Position numbers and translations under genes: made by a program. Shown one piece after another: positions 51,854-60,181 of a DNA stretch of 64,000 nucleotides (within the stretch, counting starts at the first letter, position 1; the number at the start of each line of letters is the position of its first letter). Below the pieces are notes generated by a model. That model saw only the letters and a program-made list of their open reading frames with translations. It did no database searches and had not been told where the DNA came from. The DNA is from Minisyncoccota bacterium (GTDB taxonomy: Bacteria; Patescibacteriota; Minisyncoccia; Minisyncoccales; RBG-13-42-11): the NCBI GenBank assembly GCA_028712445.1, contig JAQTPY010000001.1:50034-114033 (forward strand). Reading direction: 5' to 3'.

Positions 51854-52240
51854 TTAGGTTTCTTTTCTTGTTTTTTCACATTTCAGGCAGAGTTTTGCTG
51901 CAGGATAGGCCCGCAATCTCTCTTCTTCAATTTCCTGGTTGCAGTTCTCGCACTTTCCGTAGATTCCTTTTTTGATTTTTTCTAAAGCTCCATTTATTTC
52001 TTGCAAGTGTGATTCTAAACTGTGCTCCATTGAAAGCAATTTACTGTATTCTTCAACTTCGTCTGCTGCCTGCTCTTCCGCCATGCTGCCGGTGTCTCCG
52101 GATCCCATTTTAGGAAAGCGGGTATCCCAATCACCTTTAAGATTTTTATCTTTGTCTGCAAATTTGGCCAATTGGCTTTCAATATTTGCTTTATCTTCCT
52201 CCAGTTTCTTTTTTAATTCTTCAATTAATTCTTTTTTCAT
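51854..52240 (-). CDS. TraR/DksA C4-type zinc finger protein
   Basis: AL.KI..G.YGKCENC..I..ERL.A.P.A.LCLKC. Confidence 0.88.
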   Translation of the reverse strand: MKKELIEELKKKLEEDKANIESQLAKFADKDKNLKGDWDTRFPKMGSGDTGSMAEEQAADEVEEYSKLLSMEHSLESHLQEINGALEKIKKGIYGKCENCNQEIEEERLRAYPAAKLCLKCEKTRKET

Positions 52241-52302
52241 CTATTTTTATTGCGTAAGCAACGTTTTTAATTTAACCGGCGTCATTAATTATAATTTATA
52301 TA

Positions 52303-53322
52303 TCATTCTATTAGGGAATCAAAATATTCCCAGTCAAAATTCCAAGGATCTGTTTTGGTGCTAGAAATGTTTTCATGTCCAAGAATATTGTTTGAGACGA
52401 GAGGATGGTTACTTTTTAAATATCGCGTGAGCTCAGCTAGAGCTTCGTACTGAGCGGGGCTGGGGGAGTCGGTATTTTTATAAATCAATTCAATGCCGAT
52501 CGAAAAGTTGTTGATGACATTTTTTCTGGCGCCATCGGGCATTACGCCGGTGCCTGCATGATAAGCCACATCTTTCTCGGGAGCCAGACTGTAGATTATT
52601 CCGTTTCTGTCTATTAAATAATGAGAGGCGACTTTGTATATTCTGAATTCTTCAATTACCTTATCTACGCTGTAAACATCCCCTCCCAAAGCGTTGTAGG
52701 CAGAGTGGATTATTAAAGTGTCTATGGTTCTGGGAGTTTTAGGAGTGTAATGTCCCCAGCTTAGGATTCTGTTTATGGTTGAGGGACCAGTTTCCTTTTC
52801 GGGTTCAGAATCCTGAGGTTCTTCTTCGGCTGGCGGATTTTCCTCTTCAGGTTCGCTGCTTGTTGCTTCGCCGCCGGCAGGGATAACTGTTTCAGGAGGA
52901 TTTTCATTCAAGGGTTCATTGTTTGCTGGCTCATTTTTCTGAGGAGACTCTTTTGCAGAGTTGTTTGCAAACAAAAACCAGTAGATTGAAAGTCCAATCA
53001 AAAAAATAAAGATAATTATGCCTGCCCGGATAATGATTTTCAGAAAAGCTGTATTTTTTCCTGCTGATTTGGGAATCAGCAATCCCGGCTCTTCGGGTTT
53101 TTTTTCTTGAGGCCCGAGAGAGGGTGAGAGAGTGACCGGTTTTCCTTCCGTATTTAACGAAGCGATTCTTTCTTTTTCTTTCTGAGCTTCATTTTCTCTC
53201 AGTCCGGCCACTTCTTTTTCCATAGTGCTTATCTCCTCTCTTTTCAAGAATTCTTTTTTCTCTCCCTCAGTCGGCTGATTTTCCTGAGGCAAGTCAGGTT
53301 TTTTAATGTCAGAAAAATTCAC
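52303..53322 (-). CDS. membrane-anchored N-acetylmuramoyl-L-alanine amidase (AmpD-like domain)
   Basis: IIHS, SHYLIDR.G, AYHAG, N.FSIGIEL, GHE, KTDP. Confidence 0.85.
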   Translation of the reverse strand: MNFSDIKKPDLPQENQPTEGEKKEFLKREEISTMEKEVAGLRENEAQKEKERIASLNTEGKPVTLSPSLGPQEKKPEEPGLLIPKSAGKNTAFLKIIIRAGIIIFIFLIGLSIYWFLFANNSAKESPQKNEPANNEPLNENPPETVIPAGGEATSSEPEEENPPAEEEPQDSEPEKETGPSTINRILSWGHYTPKTPRTIDTLIIHSAYNALGGDVYSVDKVIEEFRIYKVASHYLIDRNGIIYSLAPEKDVAYHAGTGVMPDGARKNVINNFSIGIELIYKNTDSPSPAQYEALAELTRYLKSNHPLVSNNILGHENISSTKTDPWNFDWEYFDSLIE

Positions 53323-53356
53323 CTTGGAAACAAAGAAACAGTTTAAAGTTATAATA

Positions 53357-55492
53357 TTAACTTTTTTTAGCTTCCTTCAGGGACAGATTTATTCTTCCCT
53401 GCTCATCGATTGAAATTACTTTAACAGGGATCATATCCCCTATTTTAACAATATCTTCTACTTTGTTCACGCGATAGTCGGCAAGCTGGGATATGTGAAC
53501 GAGTCCTTCCTGTCCGGGGAGGATTTCAACGAATGCTCCGAAGGCCAGTATTCTTTTTACTTTTCCCTGAAATATTTCTCCCTCTTTTACTTCATGTGTG
53601 ATGTTTTTGATCCATTCTTCAGCTTTTTGGGCTGCAGTTTCTTTCTCTCCCGTAATAAAGATTCTTCCTGAATCTTCAATGTCAATTGAAACTCCGCATT
53701 CATCGATGATTTCATTGATCACCTTTCCGCCCGGACCAATCACCTCCCTTATCTTTTCGGGATTAATTTGGAGGACTATTATTCTTGGAGCGTAAGGGGA
53801 AAGCTGGGCTCTGGGTTTATCTATCACTTTTGATACCTCCTTTAATATTTCCAATCTTGCTTTTTTGGCCTGTTCCAGAGTTTTTTCAATGATTTCATCT
53901 CCTATGCCCTCTATTTTAACATCCATCTGAATTGCGCAAATCCCCTTTTCTGTTCCAGCTACTTTAAAGTCCATGTCTCCATGATGGTCTTCAGGGCCCT
54001 GAATATCGGTAATGATTTTGTATTTTCCTTTGTAATCAGCCATAAGTCCCAGCGAAATTCCAGTGACAGGTCTTTTAATAGGAACTCCGGCATCCATTAA
54101 GGCCATGCTTGAAGCTGTAGTTGCAGCCATTGAGGTAGAGCCGTTTGAAGAAAGAATTTCAGTGACGATTCTGATTGTGTAAGGAAAATCTTCAACCGAA
54201 GGAACAACTGATGCCAGGGCTTTTTCTCCAAGCATTCCGTGTCCTATTTCTCTTCGGCCGGGCCCTCTCATTGGCTTTACTTCGCCCGAGGAATAAGGGG
54301 GAAAATTGTAGTGATGCATAAATCGTTTTTTCCCCTTGATTTCCATTCCTTCAAGCAGTTTTACATCTCCGGGGGCTCCCAGGGTCAGAATGGAAAGAGC
54401 TTTTGTTTGTCCTCTGACAAAAAGGCCGGAACCGTGAGTTCTGGGCAAAAGCCCCACTTCGCCTTCAATCTTTCTCAGCTCGTCCAATTTTCTTCCATCG
54501 CATCTTTTGTCAGAGTTGATTATATTGTCATGAATGATTCTGTCTGTTTCGTTGTGAAAAAAAGAAGTGACGTATTTTTGTTTGCCCAAGCCGGGATATT
54601 TCCCTTCGACGAACACCATGGCCTCTTCTTTCAATTCATTGATTCCCTTTTCTCTCTGGCCCTTTTCTCTTTGAAATACGGCTTTTTCAAGTTTGTCTCC
54701 GATGAATTCTTTAATTTCTTTTTTCAACTGTTCATCGATCAGAGATTCTGTTATCTGGGATTTTTCAACCCCAACTTTTTTTGCTATATCTTTTTCAAAA
54801 TCGATTATCTTTTTCAGTTCAGGTTTGGCAATTTTAATGGCTCCAATAACGGTTTTTTCTTCAACCTCATCACCTTCATTTTCCATCATATTGATTAAAA
54901 TTCTATCATCTTCTTTGTTTCCTAGAAATTTAGCTGAGTCTGATTCCAAAGCAGCTAAAGCTAATTCAAAATTGCTTTCTTCTCTTTCCTGATAAGTGGG
55001 GTTGAGAATAAAGTTCCCGTCTTTTCCTCCCACTCGCAAGGAGGCGATGGGCCCTTTCCATGGAATATTTGAAACAGAAAGGGCTAAAGATGCGGCAATA
55101 AGGCCTAAAGTATCGGGATCATTTTCCCCATCCCACGAAAGACAGGTGACAACCACTTGGACTTCTTTTTTTAAGTTTTTGGGGAAACAAGGCCTGATTG
55201 CTCTGTCGATAAATCTTGCAACCAGTATTGCTTCGTCAGAAGGCCTGCCTTCTCTTCTCAAAAATCTTGAACCCAATATTTTTCCTGCAGCATAATATCT
55301 TTCCTCGTATTCTACGGTCAGGGGAAAGAAATCTGCTCCTTCTCTTTCATTTTCAGACATGACAGCAGTAGCTAAAACCATGGTTCCGCCGTATTGGACA
55401 ATGGCGGATCCGGAAGCTTGTTCAGCCAAATCTCTCAGTTCAACCTTAAGCTCTTTTCCTCCGATTTCCAATTTGAATGTTTCTTTTTTCAT
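53357..55492 (-). CDS. pnp: polyribonucleotide nucleotidyltransferase
   Basis: FFPLTVEY, HYNFPP, RREIGHG, SNGSTSMA, GDMDFKVAG, KH and S1 domains. Confidence 0.98.
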   Translation of the reverse strand: MKKETFKLEIGGKELKVELRDLAEQASGSAIVQYGGTMVLATAVMSENEREGADFFPLTVEYEERYYAAGKILGSRFLRREGRPSDEAILVARFIDRAIRPCFPKNLKKEVQVVVTCLSWDGENDPDTLGLIAASLALSVSNIPWKGPIASLRVGGKDGNFILNPTYQEREESNFELALAALESDSAKFLGNKEDDRILINMMENEGDEVEEKTVIGAIKIAKPELKKIIDFEKDIAKKVGVEKSQITESLIDEQLKKEIKEFIGDKLEKAVFQREKGQREKGINELKEEAMVFVEGKYPGLGKQKYVTSFFHNETDRIIHDNIINSDKRCDGRKLDELRKIEGEVGLLPRTHGSGLFVRGQTKALSILTLGAPGDVKLLEGMEIKGKKRFMHHYNFPPYSSGEVKPMRGPGRREIGHGMLGEKALASVVPSVEDFPYTIRIVTEILSSNGSTSMAATTASSMALMDAGVPIKRPVTGISLGLMADYKGKYKIITDIQGPEDHHGDMDFKVAGTEKGICAIQMDVKIEGIGDEIIEKTLEQAKKARLEILKEVSKVIDKPRAQLSPYAPRIIVLQINPEKIREVIGPGGKVINEIIDECGVSIDIEDSGRIFITGEKETAAQKAEEWIKNITHEVKEGEIFQGKVKRILAFGAFVEILPGQEGLVHISQLADYRVNKVEDIVKIGDMIPVKVISIDEQGRINLSLKEAKKS

Positions 55493-55544
55493 CTTTTTAT
55501 CTCAGTTCTTTTTATTGTTTTTTTATTTATTTTAATTCAGGTTC

Positions 55545-56057
55545 TTATTTTGGTGTTTTAAGCAGATATTTTGCAGGGGATTCTCCCAGATCAATGAATT
55601 CATCAGCCTTCTCTTTTATTTTTGCCGAAGCCGATCTGCCGAAAGCTATCACTTCGACTCTCTTTCCCTGATTTTGCAAAAATTCAACTAGCTGAAAAAA
55701 ATCACCGTCTCCTGAGGCCAGGACGATGGTGTCTACGCTTGGAGCGATTCTGATTGCGTCCACGGTAATGCCAACGTCCCAGTCAGCTTTTTTTATTCCT
55801 CCAAAAAATTCCTGGAGATCTCTTTCCCGGGTTTCTATTCCTTGTTCGATTAAAGCTTCAAAAAAGGGTTTTTCTTCACCGGTCTTTGTTTTGACAACAT
55901 AAGCGAAAGCTCTGATCAGACTTCTGTTTGAGACAGCCAGTTTGAGAATGGCGCCGAAATTTACTCTCGCGCCAAAGAGATTCTTGGCTGAATGATATAA
56001 ATTTTGAACATCTATTAAAACGGCTACTCTTTGCCCGCTGTGTTTTACTATAGACAT
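55545..56057 (-). CDS. NYN (LabA/DUF88) domain protein
   Basis: IDVQNL, KKADWDV, SGDGDF, G.RVEV. Confidence 0.9.
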   Translation of the reverse strand: MSIVKHSGQRVAVLIDVQNLYHSAKNLFGARVNFGAILKLAVSNRSLIRAFAYVVKTKTGEEKPFFEALIEQGIETRERDLQEFFGGIKKADWDVGITVDAIRIAPSVDTIVLASGDGDFFQLVEFLQNQGKRVEVIAFGRSASAKIKEKADEFIDLGESPAKYLLKTPK

Positions 56058-56060
56058 AGT

Positions 56061-56327
56061 TTACTTTTTCAACCCTATTTTTTTAACCAAAGAGTTGTAT
56101 CTTCTCGTCCCCTCTTTTTTGAGAAAATTCAAAAGGCTTCTTCTTTGGGAAACCATTTGCAGCAATCCCCTTTTTGAGTGCACATCTTTAGGATTCTTTT
56201 TTAAATGCAAAAGAAGTCTTTTTATCTCTTCGGTCAGCAAAGCCACCTGGACCTCGGGAGATCCTGTGTCCACATCGTGAAGCTTGTATTTTGATATTAT
56301 CTTTGATTTATCTTCTGTGCTTAGCAT
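56061..56327 (-). CDS. rpsO: 30S ribosomal protein S15
   Basis: [23 protein letters not shown]. Confidence 0.97.
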   Translation of the reverse strand: MLSTEDKSKIISKYKLHDVDTGSPEVQVALLTEEIKRLLLHLKKNPKDVHSKRGLLQMVSQRRSLLNFLKKEGTRRYNSLVKKIGLKK

Positions 56328-56365
56328 ATTAGTTTATAGTTTTTAGTTAGTAGTTTTTAGTTTAG
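56328..56365 (-). repeat. heptamer ACTAnnA tandem tract upstream of rpsO
   Basis: Minus strand reads ctaaactaaaaactactaactaaaaactataaactaat-ATG. Confidence 0.7.
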
Positions 56366-56368
56366 ACT

Positions 56369-56444
56369 TGGTGCCCCCGCCGCGACTCGGACGCGGAACC
56401 ACTTCCTTAAGAGGGAATTGCTCTACCAATTGAGCTACGGGGGC
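56369..56444 (-). tRNA. tRNA-Lys(CTT)
   Basis: Cloverleaf with loop ctCTTaa; T-loop TCCGAGT; encoded CCA. Confidence 0.88.
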
Positions 56445-56457
56445 AAGTCCTCCGCTA

Positions 56458-56529
56458 TGCCCCCGGAAGGACTCGAACCCTCACTCCAAGATCCGAAGTC
56501 TTGTACGCTATCCATTACGTTACGGGGGC
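56458..56529 (-). tRNA. tRNA-Arg(TCG)
   Basis: caaga-ctTCGga-tcttg; TTCGAGT T-loop; no encoded CCA. Confidence 0.92.
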
Positions 56530-56607
56530 CAGATTTTTGTTAGACTGGAATATCGTTATTCTACCAGATTGATTGAAAAAAACAAGTTTTTAAGATAAAA
56601 TGAGTGA

Positions 56608-58080
56608 ATGCAGATTCCAAGAGAAGTAAAATCAGTGATCGAAAATCTCCAAAAAGCGGGCTTTGAGGCCTTTGTTGTGGGAGGGTGTGTGAGGGATTTT
56701 CTCAGAAACAAGAAGCCCAAAGACTGGGATGTCACAACCAGCGCCAAGCCCGAAGAAATTCAGAAAGTTTTTCCTAACAGTTTCTATGAAAACAAATTTT
56801 TAACCGTAACTGTCCAGTTGGAGAGCAAGGAAGAATCTCTCAGGGAAATAGAGATCACGACTTATAGGGCTGAGGCAAAATATTCAGACAAGAGACACCC
56901 GGACGAAATCAGATTTGCCAAAACTCTGGAGGAAGATTTAAAAAGAAGGGATTTTACAGTAAACGCATTAGCTATGATTCCCGCCTCGCGGGACTCTGGC
57001 AATCTGCAGATTGTAGACTATTTTAACGGGCAAGACGATCTTGAAAAAAAGATTATCAGGGCTGTGGGCAATGCCGAGGAAAGATTTTCCGAAGATGCTT
57101 TGAGAATGATGAGGGCTGTCAGGTTTGCTGTCACTTTGGGAGAAAACTGGCAGATTGAAAAGAAAACGGCTCAAGCCATTCTGGACAACGCAGAATCTTT
57201 AAAGTTGATTTCCAATGAGAGAATAAGGGAGGAATTGGTTAAAATAATCGATTCAGAAGGGGCCTCCAAGGGCATAGAGCTTTTGAGAGAACTTGAGCTT
57301 TTAAAATACATTATTCCCGAACTGGAAGAGGGTTATGGCGTGGGACAGAACAAACATCATATTTACAACATCTATGAGCATAGCTTAAAATCGTTAGAAT
57401 ATGCGGCCAAGCAGGGGTTTAACAGATATGTTAAAATAGCTTCTCTCTTGCACGATGTAGGAAAGCCAAGAACAAAGAGCGGGGAGGGAGCAGATTCCAC
57501 TTTTTATGGACATGAAATAGTGGGAGCCAGAATGGCGAGCAGAATTTTAGACCGGCTGAAATTTTCAAAAAAAGATGCAGAAAAGATCACAAAACTCGTA
57601 AGATATCATCTCTTTTATTACAATGTGGGCGAAGTTTCAGAAAGTTCAGTCAGGAGATTGCTTAGAAAGGTTGGGTCAGAAAGCATCGAAGAGTTGCTTC
57701 AGGTGAGGCTTGCTGACAGGATAGGGTCAGGCGTGCCGAAAGCTGAGCCATACAAATTGAGACATTTAAGATATGTTTTAGACAAGGTTTCTCACGATCC
57801 CATATCGGTTAAAATGCTTAAGGTTTCAGGCAACGATGTGATGAAAATTTTAGAAATTGAGCCTGGTCCCAAGATAGGACAGATATTAGATGTCCTATTA
57901 GGATATGTTCTTAATGAGCCGGAAAAAAATACAAGAGAATTTCTTGAAGAAAAAATAAAGGAATTGGGAAAATTGTCTGGAACTGAATTAAATAAAATAG
58001 CCCAGAAGGCTGAGAAAGAAAGAGAAAAAGTAGAAATAAAAAAAGACGAAATGACTAAACAAAAATATTGGGTGACATAA
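56608..58080 (+). CDS. cca: tRNA nucleotidyltransferase (CCA-adding class II) with HD domain
   Basis: VGGCVRD..DWDVTT, RRDFTVNA, EDALRMMR, ERIREE, LHDVGK. Confidence 0.9.
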   Translation: MQIPREVKSVIENLQKAGFEAFVVGGCVRDFLRNKKPKDWDVTTSAKPEEIQKVFPNSFYENKFLTVTVQLESKEESLREIEITTYRAEAKYSDKRHPDEIRFAKTLEEDLKRRDFTVNALAMIPASRDSGNLQIVDYFNGQDDLEKKIIRAVGNAEERFSEDALRMMRAVRFAVTLGENWQIEKKTAQAILDNAESLKLISNERIREELVKIIDSEGASKGIELLRELELLKYIIPELEEGYGVGQNKHHIYNIYEHSLKSLEYAAKQGFNRYVKIASLLHDVGKPRTKSGEGADSTFYGHEIVGARMASRILDRLKFSKKDAEKITKLVRYHLFYYNVGEVSESSVRRLLRKVGSESIEELLQVRLADRIGSGVPKAEPYKLRHLRYVLDKVSHDPISVKMLKVSGNDVMKILEIEPGPKIGQILDVLLGYVLNEPEKNTREFLEEKIKELGKLSGTELNKIAQKAEKEREKVEIKKDEMTKQKYWVT

Positions 58081-58086
58081 ATTTTA

Positions 58087-58157
58087 CGGGGTATAGTGTA
58101 ATAGCAGCACGAGTCCTTCGGGAGGATTTAGCTCCAGTGCAAATCTGGATACCCCGA
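58087..58157 (+). tRNA. tRNA-Pro(CGG)
   Basis: CGGGGTA/TACCCCG acceptor stem; agtcc-ttCGGga-ggatt; T-loop TGCAAAT. Confidence 0.88.
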
Positions 58158-58159
58158 CA

Positions 58160-59062
58160 TTAAGCAGAGAAAATCTTTAATTTTTCTTCTAGATCAATTT
58201 TAGGGTATAAATCTTGAGGATAGATTTCTATTAGTTTTATGTTGTGTTTTTGGCACAATTCTTTTTTTCTTTGGACAGATCGATCGTACTTGGGGCTATC
58301 ACTCGCCAAACCAAAATATTCAATGAAAATCATTTTGTTTTTTAAAACCACACTCCAGTCAGCTCTGTGATGAGTATTGGGGTAAGGAGTATTTCTTTGA
58401 TGTGCAATTCTATTTTCAAATAGCCAATTATCAATCAATAGTTCCGAAACGGAGTCGCAAGGGTGTCCATCGATAGACTTAGCGGTCATTCGTTTGTACA
58501 TCCTTTGATTATGAGAGCGATTTGGCTGTAATCCTGAGGATAATATGGTTTTATTCCACGATCCGAAGAATCTTATTCCGGCACCCTTAAGGCTTCCCAT
58601 TTCCCGTTGAGTGGGGACTCTTTTAAAATTCTCAAAAAAGTCATTTATGATTTTTATAATATTTTCTGGAGTGTAATATCCTATTTTTCCTCTTCTTCCC
58701 ACGTTTCCCAATCTTCGGCATCCTAAAGAGCAAAACTTTTGGTTAAGGCTTTTTGGAAACAAGCGGCCACATGTTAAGCATTTTTTAAATTCACTTCGTT
58801 TTTTAGGATGATTTTTGTTATTTATTGTTGCTGCGCAAGATTGAGAACAATAGTTATGGTTAGAAATATCATTTAAAACTCTTTCAAAAGACTTGCCACA
58901 ATTTTCACAGGTTAAAATTTTTCGTTTTTTTTTATGTTCAGATTGACATTTCTTCGAACAGAAAGTCTTCCAGCTAAGCTTTAAACTTTCGTTATAACGT
59001 CCCGTGCTTCGGAAAAATGGCTTTTTGCACGTCGCACAAAATATTTTTTTCAGTTCAGCCAT
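58160..59062 (-). CDS. Zn-finger repeat protein with C-terminal PD-(D/E)xK-like nuclease domain (homing-endonuclease-like)
   Basis: Three CxxC..F..CSxxC repeats; FGSWN repeat; DGH..DS.SE..IDNWL, RADW, IEYFG. Confidence 0.7.
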   Translation of the reverse strand: MAELKKIFCATCKKPFFRSTGRYNESLKLSWKTFCSKKCQSEHKKKRKILTCENCGKSFERVLNDISNHNYCSQSCAATINNKNHPKKRSEFKKCLTCGRLFPKSLNQKFCSLGCRRLGNVGRRGKIGYYTPENIIKIINDFFENFKRVPTQREMGSLKGAGIRFFGSWNKTILSSGLQPNRSHNQRMYKRMTAKSIDGHPCDSVSELLIDNWLFENRIAHQRNTPYPNTHHRADWSVVLKNKMIFIEYFGLASDSPKYDRSVQRKKELCQKHNIKLIEIYPQDLYPKIDLEEKLKIFSA

Positions 59063-59154
59063 GATTTATTTACTATTTTGATTTTTTCAATTAGTATAGA
59101 ATAAACTTAGACCATTATCTTATTCTAGCACAGTTGGGGAGCGAGGAATAGATT

Positions 59155-59172
59155 CAATTTTTGATACCCCGA
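59155..59172 (+). repeat. degenerate copy of the tRNA-Pro 3' end (att-like)
   Basis: caatttttgataccccga vs caaatctggataccccga (58140-58157); 15/18 identical, last 10 exact. Confidence 0.6.
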
Positions 59173-59199
59173 TAATTTAGAATTAATCTATTAAAACAT

Positions 59200-60084
59200 A
59201 TGGAAAACGTCAAAAAACCAATAGGCATAGTGGTTGATGAAGCAGCTGACTTAACCAAGGAGATAATTGATAAATACAATATAGGGGTGGTTCCTCTGAA
59301 TGTTCACTGGCCAGAAATCGAGAATATTCCTGGAGATAATATTTATCAAAAAATCAAAGAATTGGAAAAAAGAGGAGACAAGAGTTTCGGTAAAACCTCC
59401 CAACCATCCCCCAAAGCTTTTATTGATGTTTTCACTCGGCAGCTTGATTCCTTTGAGGAAATAATTTCTCTTTCCATTACTTCAAAGCATTCGGGCACCT
59501 ACAACTCCGCCTGCCAGGCAAAAAAGTTTATGGGAGAGAACGGGAACAGAATCTTTCCGGTAGATACTCTTAATGCTTCAGCCGGAACTTCTTTGATCGT
59601 CTTTAAATTAATTGATTTGGTTGAAAAGGGATTGAAGACAGAAGCCATATTAAAGGAATTGGAAGTTTTTATGTCTCAGATCCGCCTTTACATTTTAGTT
59701 GAAAGCCCAAGCAGGCTTGAAGCTTCAGGACGTCTTTCTCCAATGCTGGCTAATTGGTTCAGAAATTTTCAGAAAATGGGAATCAGGCCGCTGCTTGGTT
59801 TTAAAGAAGGAAAATTGGGGCCAATCGGAGTTAAAAAATCAAAAGACATGGTGAGCACTTTATTGGACGAATATGAGGGAAAGACAAAATCTTTCAGATC
59901 TGAGAATAAGAAGATATGGGTTGCCATTACCCATGGCGATGATGTGGCCGGAGCAGAAAAATTAAAAGGATTGCTTGAGGGGTTGGGAAACGTGGAAGTT
60001 AAGCTCGTTAATTTAGCTGATAACGTTTTGGGAACTTTGGTTGGCCCGGGAGCATTGGTTTTGGCTTGGGCTCCCGCAGGTTAA
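59200..60084 (+). CDS. DegV family fatty-acid-binding protein (FakB-like)
   Basis: VDEAADL, VPL, KTSQPSP, SKHSGTY.SA, VDT, L.ASGRL, HG, VGPG. Confidence 0.9.
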   Translation: MENVKKPIGIVVDEAADLTKEIIDKYNIGVVPLNVHWPEIENIPGDNIYQKIKELEKRGDKSFGKTSQPSPKAFIDVFTRQLDSFEEIISLSITSKHSGTYNSACQAKKFMGENGNRIFPVDTLNASAGTSLIVFKLIDLVEKGLKTEAILKELEVFMSQIRLYILVESPSRLEASGRLSPMLANWFRNFQKMGIRPLLGFKEGKLGPIGVKKSKDMVSTLLDEYEGKTKSFRSENKKIWVAITHGDDVAGAEKLKGLLEGLGNVEVKLVNLADNVLGTLVGPGALVLAWAPAG

Positions 60085-60105
60085 TTTAAGGGCTTTAAAT
60101 TTCAT

Positions 60106-60176
60106 GGGGATATAGTAAAACGGCATTACGCAGCATTCGCATTGCTGAGGTCCGGGTTCAATTCCCGGTATCTCCA
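60106..60176 (+). tRNA. tRNA-Ala(CGC)
   Basis: G3:U70 pair; cagca-ttCGCat-tgctg; TTCAATT T-loop. Confidence 0.9.
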
Positions 60177-60181
60177 CATTT

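Noticed and set aside
58087-59172. Intron-split tRNA-Pro
   Set aside because: The tRNA at 58087-58157 is already complete, the distal copy cannot form a T-arm, and the ORF is antisense
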